From NCBI RefSeq assembly GCF_009834535.1, contig NC_045698.1:15812001-15876000 (forward strand): a stretch of DNA of 64,000 nt, given 5' to 3'. The DNA is from Camelus ferus. Taxonomy: Eukaryota. Below are positions 1-14,099 of this stretch, in pieces. The notes under the pieces were generated by a model, which saw only the letters and a list, made by a program, of their open reading frames with translations, had not been told where the DNA came from and searched no databases. Position 1 is the stretch's first letter; each line of letters begins with the position of its first letter. The position numbers were made by a program, and so were the translations under genes.

Positions 1-170
1 CCCAGGGTGACTTCAGACGCCAGTCTCTAGGGACGGGATGTTCAGTTCACACACCTATGTGTGGTCTGAGGAGCAGTCTGAAGTTTTGCTCACTGAGCAT
101 CAGGAACAAGCTGATGTATTTGAAGTATTTCCTCCTACTTCCCAACGCCCAGTAGTTGTACTGTGGCGCT

Positions 171-507
171 TGTGAAAATAAAGGAAACTTTATTCAAAAT
201 GGAGTTGGCAAGCTCTCACATATGCATCGCTCACCCTACTTAGTGATCCCAGCAGAAAGAAAGATTTCCTTCTGACCCATCAACAAGCTGCCCAAAGCCT
301 GCAGCCACCTGCAGCCAATGAAGAATCACCTCAGTGATACTGATTTCCTCCAAAAACTTAATAAAGGCTGACCTTCCCTTTGTCTCCTCGGACCTGCCTA
401 TAGTTCACTACAGCTGGCATGTCCCAAATTGCAATTTCTCTGCTCCTCCCAGGTAAACTAATTTTGCTGGGGAAATACCTAGCTCTTTTGTTTTTGTAAG
501 GTCAACA
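171..507 (+). mobile_element. ERV1-class solo LTR (MER4-group-like)
   Basis: Starts TGTGAAAATAAAGG and ends GGTCAACA. Flanks are CGCT/TGCT, a 4-bp TSD with a CpG transition. Internal CCAAT near 315, AT-rich TATA-like element near 360 and GGTAAA polyA-like signal near 451. Confidence 0.7.
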
Positions 508-679
508 TGCTGAATTTGTATTAATTTTATTTGGTTTAAGTGAACTGAAATTATGATTGAGTGTTTTAGAACTTATTTAGATGATTCTCTCGCTTAACGG
601 GTTTGATATTTTTTTCAATGTGTTTATCTTAAACTTTGAAATAAAACGTACTTTTATGTTCTGAATCATTTTGTATTAC

Positions 680-1086
680 TGTTTTAGATTGAATTGTGCC
701 CCTCTTCCCCTAAATTCATATGTTGAAGCCCTAAACCCCAGTACCTCTGGATGTGATCATACTTGGAGATGGGGTGCTGAAAGAGGTAATTAACTTAAAA
801 TGAGATCCTTGGGGTGGGCCATAATTCAATGTGATTGGTGTCTTTGTATGAAGAGGAAATTCGGGTTTGCACAGAGATACAGGAATGCACATACAGAGAA
901 AATACCATGTGAACGCACAGCAAGATGGCAGCCACCTGCAAGCCAAGGAGAGAGGTCTCAGAAGAAACAAAACCTGCCCACACCTTGACATTGGACTTCT
1001 AGCCTCCAGAATAGTGAGAAAAAATTTTGTTTAAGCCGCCCAGTCTGTGTTTTTTTTTGTTATGGAAGCTCTAGCAAACTAATATA
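680..1086 (+). mobile_element. MaLR solo LTR (MLT1A/B-like)
   Basis: MLT1 motifs TGAATTGTGCCCC..AAATTCATATGTTGAAGCCCTAAACCCCAG, GGACTTCTAGCCTCCAGAA and the end CTAGCAAACTAATATA. 5-bp TSD ATTAC/ATTAT. Confidence 0.9.
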
Positions 1087-2089
1087 ATTATCTAAATGAA
1101 ACTGGAGAAATTATTCATAATGAAGCCATGTCTAGATGACTTGACTTTTAAATTTGTTTATGGTGTTCTCTTGCATTGAGGAATTTATAATTTAAATCTT
1201 CATTCTACATCATTCTTTTAATGTGTCCAAATGTATCTCTCTTTTTCCCTTTTCACTTAGAGTTTAAACTTCCTGCTGTTTTAAGAATTCCTCCCTATAG
1301 CAAAGCTGTAAAGAACAGTCTGGGTAAACTTCTGAGTTTCTGCCTTGAAAACATCCTTACCCTCACTGAAACTCTTCTTATCAAAAATTAGAAAAAAGTA
1401 CTCTGAATTTTACAAAGAAAATGCGTATTTTTTAACAATTGACTACGTGGTTCAAGTCTATGTTACCTGAATTTTTATAGACTACAAAATATTTTTACAT
1501 TTCTCATGTCACGTGAACATCTCAAGCAGTCAATGAAGTCAGTGGTGATCTGCTTCCTTATGTAGGATGATACATATAATATCCCTTATAGTTCTGGAAG
1601 CTGTATATGTACAATCTCACTAACTAAGCTTTAGCATCACTACGATGCAGCTTGTATATTTGTACTTGATCAATGGAGATTTCTAGCACTTTTTCTCTGC
1701 ATTTACTGCCCCAAAAAGAAGTTGCATGGATAGAATTAATCGTATACCTTCACTTCTCAGGTTGTGCCAGGAAAGTCTCCAAAATGCATTGCCTTACTTT
1801 GGTTTTTATGAGCAACATGGGAAGACTGATTAGCTTGTTTCCTCATCCCTGCTTTACCTACTCTTAAATCTTCCTTCCACTCAAAATCAGAACTTAAAGG
1901 TGAGGCAATAGGAATCTATTTCAGTGAAGCCTTCTGTTTTTCTTGATTTAAGCTGCACAAAATCATAGCACTAAAGTGGAATAATAAGAAATATGCATCA
2001 AAAATAATTTACTTGGGACTTTTAATTTATATGTAAACTTTTTTTTCATAGCCATAGTTATAAATATGCAGGGCCTTAACAAGGAAAAG

Positions 2090-2240
2090 ATAATAGTAGT
2101 TAATATTTATTGAGGAGTTGTTATGCCAGTTTCTTCATTAGGCACGTGTCCCTAACAATGACAGTGAGCAGTTATTTAGTTTTTACAATGTGCCAAGTAT
2201 TGTGCTAAGTATATGTCATGTATTTTCTATTAAAGTACGT
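2090..2240 (-). mobile_element. MIR/L2 tail fragments
   Basis: ATATTTATTGAG..TATGCCAG and ATGTGCCAAGTATTGTGCTAAG resemble the antisense MIR/L2 3' tail. Confidence 0.4.
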
Positions 2241-4314
2241 ATTTTAAGATAAGTTCATGGGATTTTACATGAAAAGAGTAAAAGGAAATCTATTTGAATA
2301 TTTCCATGGTAATTTCAACAATACAAGCCAAAACAAAATAAGTATTATAATTTTATAATTCTATTTCATAGAAATTCTTATCCAATTAAAAAAGGATTTA
2401 CCACATATTATCTTTATCTCTTACTGTTTAGAACTACCCCTTAAGTTAATTATATGATTTATTGGACAACAAATACTGACTGAAATTTTGGCACAATTCT
2501 GTTTTGTTAGAGTTTGGACTTGGAATAAAATTTTTTTAAATGGATAGATTTTATGACAAAAAATATATTAATCAGAAGTATGTTTATGTGTATTATTTTT
2601 ACTATTTTTGTATTACCATTTTCAGTAACTCAGGCACACAAACATCCTTATTCATCTTTGTTTCATGTTACATATTCTGTACTACTATAGAAGCAGTATG
2701 CACACAAAATCTTAGATAGATCTGTAAGATTTATTACACGGAATACTCTAATACTCCTTTAGCCTGGAGGTAAATTTTATCATCCCACTACCCAGAAGTG
2801 AATTTACCTGATAAATTAGAATAAAACTCAGTAGTGAGACTTTAAAGTTATATGCATTTATGATTTTCATTTCTTGAGATAAATTTCAGGTGGTTATTGA
2901 AAATAAGATTTAATCAAAACAAATGGTCAGACTTAGATTTTACAGTGCATTGCATGAGATCCAATATGAAGGGATCCCTTAAGAATCATTTTTATTTTAA
3001 TTCAGTAAAAGAATAAAATTAGACATTATGAAAACCGCACCATCTTCTGAGTCCTAATATGCTGTAGTATCTCATCATAAACCTCTTCCTTGAATACATC
3101 CACATTTTAGAAACACAAACTAAGAATTTACTCATATTTTATTTTCTAGTAAGCCAATTGTGTTACAGACATGTAAAAACTACAAAACATACTTTAGCCT
3201 TGAGAAGAGCAGTATTTACAATTAGTTTTTAATTGTGGAACTTGAATGTCGGGGTCTGCATTAACAGATTTAAAATGTGTCAGAAGATTTGGAATCGGGG
3301 TCTGAAAAATGTTTCTAATGTAAGCTGCTTAAATCATTTGTTTTTATTCCTTTATTTCAATAATTTCAATAATTTGAAAACTAAAACTCAGCCTAAGCTC
3401 ATTCATGTTGTTGAGTAACTGAACAGTCATGCTGAGAGCCCTTTCACTGCGTGGTTTCTGTTAAAGTTATAGAAAAGACTATATATATCAGATTTCCTGA
3501 GGCTGGTTAAAAAAAAAAGAAGATGTGCTATTTAATAGGAGTTATTTTGAAGACATGGAAAGGTCAATTTAGATGAAGGGAAATCTCTACCTCTGGTTCT
3601 TTGCCCACTTGGTTCTTGGCGCCATGATAAAGAAGAATCCTGCATAGGAAATGTATTCAGTACCCAAAATGAACATGTGTCATAATGAAATATGGAGAAG
3701 TGTAAAAGGAGCATATTATTTTTCAGATCTTCAATGTGATAACTATTCTTGGAATCGTGTAAAGTTTGGACCGCATCCCTTCTTTTTAATCATGAAATCA
3801 TTTAGGCTGAGGTTGTATTAAGCTTTCAGTGTTCTGAAACTGAATTATTTCCAAAAGGCAACATTGCGCTTTCTGACAGCCATTTGAGTGTTTCCCTTCA
3901 TCCTATGAAGTTTAAGTAGAATCTTTGGACAATAGGGCATTAAAGGAAAAATTCTGAGGATAGTTGATAAAAGAAATCTCATAATGTATCTTAAATTTAA
4001 ATAAGAATAAAGGTTTAAAGTGTGGGAGAAAAAAATAGTTAAAAAAAAAAGCCATGAGATATATTTATCAGCTCAAAATGTCTTGAACTATTATTATGCA
4101 TAATGGGGTATCTGATTTGGCATAAACAAATGTTGGTATCAATAGAAGCAATAGCACATCCACTAGTTACAAGCGTGCTCTTGAAGGAAGATTTATAATC
4201 AGACATGCATCATGTAGGTGATGTGAACGGAAAGAACCATTCACTAGAGCAGAAATAATCATTTATTCTGCAAGTGAATATCAACACTCCAAGTGCTGCA
4301 TCTGAGCAAATAAT

Positions 4315-4530
4315 AACAATGATAATTATATTTATTTAGAAATTGCTATGTCTGAACACTGTGGCAATACTTTATTTCAATAACTCATTTGTCTCACAAT
4401 AATCCTATGAGTTGGGCTACAAATATTATGCCCACTTATAGATGAGGAAAAGGAGGCAAAGATAAAAATCACTTGCCCAAGACTGGGCAGCTAACTTACA
4501 TAGCCACAATTTCAACTCAAGAAGTCAATG
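4315..4530 (-). mobile_element. MIR SINE
   Basis: CTCACAATAATCCTATGAG..TATTATGCCCACTTATAGATGAGGAAAAGGAGGC..ACTTGCCCAAG matches the antisense MIR core. Confidence 0.75.
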
Positions 4531-6834
4531 TTTATAACCTTACTCAGGTCTCTATCTCCCTTAACCTTAATTCTTATCCTGCCTGCTGAAGTAGCAGACT
4601 GATTCCGATAACTACCACTTGGACCATAGTCGTTGAAACCTGCTTCCCAACCATAGCCATCGAACGTTGCCAGACAGCTCTTCCAAACATGGTTCTGCTT
4701 CCCTGTAATGATAACCTGTATTTCTCTCCCAAGAACACTCTCAGTGGCAGGCAGACTGACTCCAGCTGAGCTTGTGTCTCACCACAACCACTCAGATGAC
4801 AGATCCCAGCACTTTCTACAACCTGTCCTACTAGAGAAGTCCTGGCTAGCTTGGTAGAATCTTGCAACACTGAGCGTATCCTGGGAAGGTGGGGTGGCTA
4901 GGACAGGACAGGCTATTCTGCCCAGAGGTTCTCCAAGACACCTGGAATTAATCTGCCTTGGCCAGTGACTTTCATGACAGACAGATGCTCTGATAAAATA
5001 CCCAACTAAGGTTGATGCACGATGGGAATCCCCTCCCTTATCCTAGACATGAGTGAGCAGCACACCAGTTTAGTTGGATATTAAAACTTACAAGAATAAC
5101 CTTGCAGAAATAGAGAGTATACTTCTTCTAAAGATTAGAATGTGGGAATTTGAAGATTAAACTCTGGAAAATGAGTTATTCACTTATAAACAGATGAGTC
5201 AAGACTATTTATTAAATTAATTGCCAAGTAGCAAATGATAGAACAGTACAATAGTCCTTACTAAGAGCAGAGGATAGTTTATGTATTGTAACTAAAAATA
5301 AAATCAAAGATCACAGAAACTGGTAATGCACAAGCCAAGTTCCTTCTCAATTAATTGAATAAAGCAAATAAGGGTGATGAAAATACTGCTATGACATTTA
5401 AGATTGGAGCCTTGTTGGTTTTGCCAAAACTTTACATTCTGCTGAAGATTTGTTGGCTCCACCACCTGGCCTAGCTACTGGACCTGTGTCAGCCAGAAGG
5501 ATGGGGAAACGAATCAAACAAATGAGACAATGTAGACAGTGTTCAAATGAGTATCTAACTCTCCCTCTTTGGGAAATGCTGAGTTACACAAATGACAAGA
5601 CACAAATCACCTGACTCTGCTGAAAGAGAAGTAGGGTAGGGTAGAGCATTTGAGGAATCGTTCTAACCATGTTTTCTTTAATCAGATTTTGGCACTTGAA
5701 AGGGTAAATTCGTGTTATCTGAAACTTCACTTATGTAGAATATCCTTTTTCTTAAATATAATATGCATACTATAACTCAATGATATCTAAATTCCTTGCA
5801 GTTTTAATCTTATTATATATAATTCTGGATGGATTATTTAGCATACAGCCCACTCTCGAGGTGTATATTTTCCTGTCCTACTTTTGAAGAGTAAATAATT
5901 TTGCTTTCCAAAGAGCAGAGGGTAGCTGTAGAAGTCATTATTTAAAGAGACCAGAGGAAGCCAATACAGCAACATAAATGTACAAATATTGTTCAAGTCT
6001 GTGTAGATGAGTTTACAAGGTCTTTGATGCTAAAAAGCACAAGTTACAGAAAAATTTATCCAAATAGTTTCACTTCCAAGTTCCCAAACCTTTGTTATGT
6101 AAAATGTTTAGCAAAAAAAGTAATCACATGTGTGGATGTGATATATATTATATCCATACTTACAGACAAATATTTATGCATTTAAAATATGTATAAATAT
6201 TTATCTGTACTTAAAAGTCATACATTTCACCACCCGTAGAAATTCTGGCATCCCAACTCAAACTTGGAAACACCTAAAAAGTAATATAAACTGGAGAAGG
6301 AGTATAATTGGGGCTTAGTGGATGGTTTAGGCTCCAGGATTGCTATGTGATATGCTGGTTTCACATATTACTTTCAACAGGCTTTAGGTTCAAGGTTAGT
6401 AGAGATTATGCCTTGATGAAATGGTATGGTCATCTCTGATGCTATAAAATTTCACTTAGAAGGTTATCTTTAATAGTTTTAGCTTTTTAAAATTAATTTT
6501 TATTAACTTCATATGAACCAATGAGAGTCAACTTAATTTGGACAGTGAATTACTACGATTTATTTCATTATATTGAGGTGATAAAGAATATTTTTTTTCT
6601 AATTCCTAAAAGGCATCATTTTAATTAATATACATTTCATCATGAAACAAATAGTCACAGAATACATTATATCTTATTACATATACTGTATATGATCATT
6701 TTAAATGCATATCAATGAAACACTATGAAAACATGATGTTATAGAAAAGGAGGTTACAGTTAAAGAAAGCTAGTAAGTAATAAACTTTCATCTGCTAAAT
6801 AGTATTCAATTTATTATGAAATGGCATAATGAGA

Positions 6835-7030
6835 AAAATAATGTGGGTTCTGGACCTAGATACCTAAGTTCAATTTTTATTTTTAAATTGAAGTTATAAT
6901 TTGTCAGTTATAATGTGTCAAATTCTGGTATGTTTAAAGCAATGTTTAATTCTTAGCTCTACAACTGATTACTTGATGGATGTGTGGCTTCTTTAAGATA
7001 CTTTATTTGTAAAACAGGCATACTAAGACT
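6835..7030 (+). mobile_element. MIR fragment interrupted by a short L1 3' end
   Basis: TGGGTTCTGGACCTAGATACCTAAGTTCAAT..TCTTAGCTCTAC..TTATTTGTAAAACAGG. Confidence 0.5.
6874..6935 (-). mobile_element. Extremely 5'-truncated young L1 3' end (camelid-type)
   Basis: T-rich tail followed by TTGAAGTTATAATTTGTCAGTTATAATGTGTCAAATTCTGGT, the antisense of the L1 terminus also seen at 15995-16103 and 61400-61450. Confidence 0.6.
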
Positions 7031-8734
7031 CATTTTCATGAACATCATAAACTACCTTTTGTGTGACTGGGCTATCTTTGTGTCTGCCTTTTGTCATGGT
7101 GTCCTGTCTGGTTCAGCAAACATGAACTGAGTTTTTAAACACAGGATCATTAATAATTACAATTAAACAGTCTAGAATGGTTCGCATTTTCTTTGAATAA
7201 GTGAACTTTGTGCTTCTAGGTTCTGCATGGGCTTGTCTAGGGGCCTCTGAGACACACCAAGAACAGTTCTCACCTTAACATATGGCTAAATGTGAATGGT
7301 GACCAATGCTAACCCACATGTTTTTCCTGACCCCTCCTAAATGCCCTGTGCTTTAAAGGACACCACGGAGGATACATGCTGATAAAACAAAGTACACCTG
7401 GATAGGTACTCTCTCTGTCTCCAATGATGGTAAGCAGGCGTCTGATGGTCCTGCAGACGGTGATCCTGCAACCCATGCAGCAATTTCCAGAAAAATTAAA
7501 CAGCCAAGCTTCCCATTGGAGTGGTCAGTCGGAAAAGTGTGAAATGATGTGTTTTATTGCTTGATTACACATTTTAAAAATTATAATAAACCATTTTCCA
7601 CTAATAAGTTAAGCATGTGCATGTTCAGTGAAAAATTAAATATTCAATTTCTATTTATTACAAAAGGTGGTGATGAGTACAAAACTTCACAAAATATTTG
7701 TCCAATATCTGCCATGAGTTTGATAACAGTATAACATGGAAATGGAAGACAAACATTTGTGGAAGAGGCATTAACACCTACTTAAAAGTTACTGGTTATT
7801 TTGAAGGAGATTATGCCCCAAGATTACATTTAAAATGTGCATCCACAAAAGATGTATTTATATCTTGCTTTGTGAGAAAGTCTATATTTTATCAAATAAA
7901 CACTTCTTCTAAATTAAATGCACTCTTTTTTATTTCACAATTTCGGATACACATACAAATAGTTAAGCAATGGTAGTTAATTATTGACTCTATGATGGAA
8001 AAAGATCATCCCAGTTAAGTGTGCAAATGCAGAGTCAACATTGTGTGTGGCCCTTAGGGTGTCTCCTTCGATGTGCCCTAAACATCTCATTTGCCTCACA
8101 TTAGTCCCAGGCCTGGTTGTTTTATACTTCAATTGTTTTTAAAATTGCTAATTTCAATAAGAGTTCAATATTTTCATTCAGAACATGGTACCAAAGAGAA
8201 GAATTCAAAATCCAAAATGACACTGCAAACCTATCTGGTATTACTGGAAAATCAATTTGTAAAAATTCAACCTGAGAGGTAAAATCATTTGTGTCAACAA
8301 CAATAATACACATTTAATTTAGGTGGATTGTAATGTTGGGACTAAAGCCACGTTCCTCCTGAATGAAGAAAGGAATTGGAATTGGTTGTGGTGCACACAT
8401 CATTCATTGTCAGCTCTATATAAACCACGATATTCTGCCATTATAAATAAACTAAAATAATTAAATAAAATAAATAAAAGTGATTATTACTTTTATAAAT
8501 GGAATATATAAACTGAATTACTGACTTCATGTTTTTTGGTCACAAAGTTGACGCACAAGCTGATGTGAATACAACGAAACTAAAACTTTAAACCTTCAAC
8601 ATGACAGCGTGAACATCCTCTCTCTGCCTCTATCAGACAAACTTTAAATGTGTCTTTGAAGGACTGTTTATCTTTTAAAAAAATGATAGGAGAAAAAGTG
8701 AAGCAAGGAGCACAGAAAAATTGTATATATTTAT

Positions 8735-9264
8735 TATTTGTTGCTGTCTAAAAATTGCTGCAAAACTAGAGATAAAACAATAGATACTTACTAGCTCACA
8801 GTTCTTTGGGTGGGGAATCTAAGCACAGATTATCTGGGTCCTCTTATACGCTATCATTAAACAGTGAAGTCTCATTTTTAGACTGAACTGGGTATGGATC
8901 TACATGGCAAGCCTTATAGCACAATCCAGCTTCTCCAGGGATATGGGACTGAGGAGCCCAGTTTCCACCTGCTGTTAGCTAAAGGCCACCATCCTTTCCT
9001 TGCCACGTGGGCCCCTGCAGCATGGCAGCTTGCTTAATCAATGTATGAAAACCGAATAGGCAGTACAGAGGGTCTGCTAGCAAGTGTAAGTCACACTATT
9101 TTGTGATCTAATCATGGACATTACATTTCAAAATGTTTGCCATAGCTTATTGGTTAGGAACAAGTCCTTACCGAGTCCACATTTGCAGGGAGAGAATTCT
9201 ACAAAAGGTGTGAATTTCAGGAGGGGTGACTGATTAAGAGACATCTTGGAGTCTGCCTGTCACG
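8735..9264 (-). mobile_element. MaLR LTR (MLT1E/F/G-like)
   Basis: CTCACAGTTCT, CCTTGCCACGTGGGCCCC..CAGCATGGCAGCTTGCTT, ATTGGTTAGGAACAAGTC and GGAGTCTGCCTGTCAC are antisense MLT1 motifs. Confidence 0.8.
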
Positions 9265-11255
9265 ATTTAAGCACATTCAATTTAAAGATTTGCTTAAGTA
9301 ATAAAAAATAGATAAGAAATAAACAAGGGATGGATGAAAAAAAAATTAAAAACCAGAGGAAAGAGAAGGAATAGGGGAGAGAAAAATAAGATGAAAAGAA
9401 TAAAGGCAAAAGAGAAAAAAAAAGAAAGGGGAAATGAAAACAAAATCAATGAAAAAAATACAATTAAAGCTAAGCAAAGAAAAAAAATGAATCATTAAAT
9501 TTTAAGCCTGCTGCTGAGGCTGAAACAGCATGCACTGAGAAATATCTTACAAAGTCATGGAATAAAGCCATCAAAATGCCAATTAGTCCTCCCTCAAAAT
9601 GGGAGAAAGGAGAGGCAGAGGAGAGTGTTTTTTAAGTGGATAAACATTTCTCTATTTGAATAATAATGGAGGAAAATTATGTGTATTTTATACTCAACAT
9701 TGTCATTGTTTTAAAAAAATAAAATCAAATCACTTTTCCTGTATAAAAACCTTTGGTCATGGTTACGTGAGTAACAGCTTTTCCTAAAGCTTACAAAATG
9801 ATTAAAGATGTGTAAGTGGTGTGTATTTGTTCTTCGTTCCTAACTCAACCTCAGAATTTCATGTCTATAAATGGCTACATTGTAGGGGGTCTAAAGATGC
9901 ATTTTCTCAATAATTTGAGTACACAATTCTTTGCAAATAATTGATGAATTCACTGAAGCTTTGGAAGAGATATGCTGAGACTTGTTCCCTCATATAAAAG
10001 AGTGGAAATCAATAATGATTTCAGAGTACTATGAGAATTAACAATAAAAGTACTTGTCTTTTGCTGAACACTTAAATGATGCCCACTGAGTAGCTGTTGG
10101 ATGAACAAAGTATTATTATATGAAATTATATAAATCCCGTATCAAACTGAATTAGAGGGAAAATTTCATTTTTTAAAAATCTTAATTTTAGTATCAAAGT
10201 CAACTATTGATTAATGTCTGAGGCTTTATTCTAGGCTCTGAGGACGAAGCAAAGAAGAAGATGGACAGTCCTCATGGAGATGACATTGGGTACCTGTGTG
10301 GGCATGCCTGGGATACATGCATATAACATTCTACTTGGAATTATCTTTATATGTTTATCTTTACCTTTATAATTATATTTATCAACTGTTATATAACAGC
10401 AATAAGTGGCTTTATACCATATTGACAATATAAATATTTTTAGTTTGATTTGTAACATATATCAATAGTTACTTATTTCTAGTAGCCTATGTGATTTCTT
10501 CCTGCATTTTATTGTATGCCTTGCCTCCCAATTTCTGTAGAATCTAAATGTCTGTCTTAGATGTAATATTCTGGCCAAAACAATACAGGTAGAAATTAAA
10601 TCAAATATATAACTCTCACAAAGGCAAGTCATGTAAAACAGAAGGAGAATAAATGGCATGCTAGCAATTTTTGCAATAATTTTCCCTCTTCAATTAATCA
10701 GGCACTCAATTGGCTTGAAAAAATATATATCATCAAAGACAAGCCATCCATCTTGACCGGCACCTAAAGCAGACGGCCCATTCTTTACCTTGTAGCACTT
10801 CTGCTACATAAACCTAAAAGTATAAAATGAAATTCTAGCCACACAAGGCTAAGGAAAAGCACGGGCAGGTTTCATCTTCTGCAATAATGTTAAATGGTCA
10901 AGGTGAGGAACAAAAGTAATATCCTTGTTTTGTAAAATATAAGGGAAACGTGAACCAAAATGTCAAGAATGATGAATATAACAGAAATCCTCTCACAGGA
11001 AGAAGTTTGTCTACACAGCATTTTCAACAAATAAATCACATTTGTTTCTCTTTTTTTTCTTTTTCTGCACTTACATGGAGCGGCAAGTCACTGATTTGCG
11101 GTGAGGGTTAACTTCAATACTTGAATTGATATGAGTATATATTTGACTGAATTTGGTTGTTTGAAAATAAAGATAATTTGCATCAATTCTAACAAAACCA
11201 CTGTTTATATATATTTTGGATTTGGTGATACTGAGAATGTTTGTGACATAATGCA

Positions 11256-11700
11256 GTGTGTGTTGGATGCTTTGTTTTCCTGTCCCTTTAAGTTAGAAAG
11301 TCCCTTGGTGACCCAGTAGACATTGAAGGAAAAAGTCTAATTTGTTTTGATAACCGGTTGGACCTCCTAGGAGACTCTGCAAGTTGAACAAGCATTACGA
11401 CGGAAGAGGCCCCGTACTGGTCCCAGAGGTTATCTTTAACTCACTGTGTAGATCAGAGGACAAATGAAGCCAATTCACTACGAGAGAATATGAAGTAAAG
11501 GTACAGGCAGCAGTGAATACACAAAACAAAGAGTCTGCTTCTGCCTCTAGCTCTTTGTTCCAGCTTTTAGACACATAACCACATTCCTGCTATTGGGTCC
11601 CATGACAAATTCCTACATCATTATGATAACATTCTCCTTCTGTCATTTAAGTCTGGTTGTTTTGGTGCCTTTTACCTACAGCTCAAAGGATGGTAAACAA
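11256..11700 (+). mobile_element. Old ERVL LTR (LTR33/LTR16-like)
   Basis: Begins TGTGTGTTGGATGCTTTGTTTTCCTGTCC. The 3' part, ATTTAAGTCTGGTTGTTTTGGTGCCTTTTACCTACAGCTCAAAG, resembles the LTR16/33 U5 end. Confidence 0.4.
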
Positions 11701-12235
11701 TATTAGGTTTTATTAATATTCCACTCGGTGTTCTGATACTATTTTTTTTACGGTAATTCAGAAAGAGGCTTAGATTTGATAATATGAATGCCAATGTATG
11801 TTTCCAAATACACATTTTGTATAATAAAAATAAATATGAAATTAATGCGATTTATAATATAAAATAATACTTTATATAAAGTATACAATACAATATGAAA
11901 ATATAAAATACATTATTTATAAATTAATTTGGGTTTGCTTTTCTTTATAATGTTAAATTCTGAGAAAGACTGCTATCAAGATAATGGTGAGTGGGTTTTC
12001 TAGGGAACCATGCTCAGTTTATTTACTACAATCCAGCTATTATTCCCTATGTGCAGTTTAGCACATGTTTGAATGTTTAGTTTGTATGTTTAGTTGAGTG
12101 GGTACAATGCTCAATATTCAACTAAATGAATCCTGGATGGTACAGAGGGTTATGTGTAAGTTCTACTTAATTATGACTCTCTGGGTAATTTTAGATTTTT
12201 GTGTGCAGTAAGATGATTTCCTTGGATTCCATAAT

Positions 12236-12280
12236 TAAAAAGTTTGATTGTTGGATAAAAAGTTTGATTGTTGGCTAAAA
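12236..12280. repeat. 20-bp tandem duplication
   Basis: TAAAAAGTTTGATTGTTGG(A/C) twice, followed by TAAAA. Confidence 0.9.
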
Positions 12281-13584
12281 TCCATTCTTTGGCTGATTAA
12301 TGACACATGCAAACATCTCTCCTTACACCTCCTATCTGAACCTTACTTGTCTTGAGGATGGGAAGGATTAGGAAAAAATCTACTAATTAAAAGAGAAGTG
12401 AAAAAGTATGATAATTTTTAAAATTATGTATGAGTATAAATGGACAGCTCTAATGTTAATACCGAATGTGTTTTTTTGTAACCGAAATTCACCAGATGCC
12501 TCTTCAAAACAGTATCACTAAACGTTGTGTGATGAAAAATAAGGCTTCCTATCCATGTCTACATTTGTCTCTCTTTTTCACTCTATTTATATTATTATAG
12601 TTAAGAATGACAGATCTGATTGTTTGGGGAAAGAAAAGGAGAATAAGTGAGTGACAGATCTGAGTGAGCTGCCTGTTTTACGTACGTGTGTTTTTGAGCA
12701 AGGTGCTGAGCTTTACAGGAGAGGGGCTGGTAAAGAAAGCCTGGCTGTTTAATGTCATGTCCTGGCTTGAAATTGCCATGGTTTAAACTAAATACCTAAT
12801 ATAACTTCGAGTATTAGAAATACTCCTGTTGCATTTATGCTAAGTAGTTTGAAAACAACCACACATCCATTTATGGTATTAACAGAACCACTATTGCAAA
12901 AAGCTGACCACTCGATTTGCCTTGCTTTGAAAAGAAAATATTATTAGTCAAGAAAATTCCTTCCACATCTCACTCCAGTTAACATTTCCAATATTAGAAT
13001 GGTAATCTGGTTTCCAGAAAGTAAAGGATGACGTGAGATGTTGGTGACTCCCTTCTTTTCTATTGGTAGGAAAAGTGGCAGAATATAAGAAAATGTATCC
13101 AGATGTTCTCCCAGGAATCAGATAAGGATGGAAAATTAAAGGGAGAGGAGAGGATTTTTTCTGAAAGGATAAAGAACAATTTCACGCTTTCTAAGGCAAG
13201 TTGGGGTGTAAACTGCCACCTGTGGAACGGCAATCGGTTACCTTAGGGACTCTGGGTAGACTTGTCTGCTTTTGCTGACCCTAAAGACCTGGTTGGGAGC
13301 TAAGATGCTTAACTAAATTGCCCACATTCCTGCTGGTTAGGAGACAGGTAACATTTTTACCTGGAGGAAATGGACCAAGTATGTAAATGTAATACCTATT
13401 ATTAATAAACTGAATTTAAAATGCATTTGAATGAAAATATAGGATAATCATAACTAAAACCTAAATTGATGTTCTGCAGACTCAGGAAAGAAATCACACT
13501 TAATGTTGATTAAATATAAAAAGAAATGGAATGTAACAGGAAAATGCTAAAAAACTTGTACCATGAAACAGATGTCCTAAGAGG

Positions 13585-14085
13585 TGTTATTGGCACACAA
13601 CACAGTGACACAGGTTGGTAAAGAATTACCAGAGACTGAAAAGAGGTAAGGGAAGTTTAACAGGGATGCTGCTACAGGCAACAGTGGGCCACACAGACCA
13701 GAGTGCTGAGGCTGGGCCTGCAGGGACTTTTATTGGGAGGAGGGGGCTGTGCACACAAGGAGCAGGGGCTGCCTGACCAATTTGTGCACAGGTCCCTGGT
13801 CGGTTGTAAGATCTGTCAGCGACTTCTCTGAACAACAGGTTTTATGACTTTGATAAGGGCAGGATGTGAGGCCTGGGGTATTGTGAGATGGCCTATCTCC
13901 TGGGGCGACAAGTTTTGTTAGGGTTAACACACATCAAGAGAAGATGTTTTATATCCTGCAGAAATGCAGGTATGCGGAGGGTCCTGCTAGTGGGGAGTGG
14001 GGGCTAAGGTGTCAATAGGCTCCAGGCACACAGAGAGCCCAGGGGAGGGGGGTTATGACTCCAGACAGTGGCAGCCAACTCCACA
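13585..14085 (-). mobile_element. ERVL-type solo LTR (MER54/MER74-like)
   Basis: The minus strand runs TGTGGAGTTGG..GTGCCAATAACA. TATA-like CAATAAAAG at 13727-13735, polyA-like GTTAAA at 13656-13661, U5 CTGGTAATTCTTTACC. TSD AGAGG/AGAAG. Confidence 0.75.
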
Positions 14086-14099
14086 AGAAGGAGTGGAAG

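Noticed and set aside
6075..6278. Possible hAT MITE (GTTCCCAAAC ... TTGGAAAC ends)
   Set aside because: Terminal repeats are too degenerate and no 8-bp TSD is visible.
10235..10327. Exon-like peptide SEDEAKKKMDSPHGDD
   Set aside because: Weak splice sites, an in-frame stop soon after, and no recognisable protein.
11075..11119. 45-nt minus-strand micro-exon (IEVNPHRKSVTCRS) with a GTAAGT donor
   Set aside because: The acceptor lacks a polypyrimidine tract and the peptide is not recognised.
13213..13230. CTCF-like CCACAGGTGGCAG on the minus strand
   Set aside because: Spacing is one base off the CTCF core. It is equally just an E-box.
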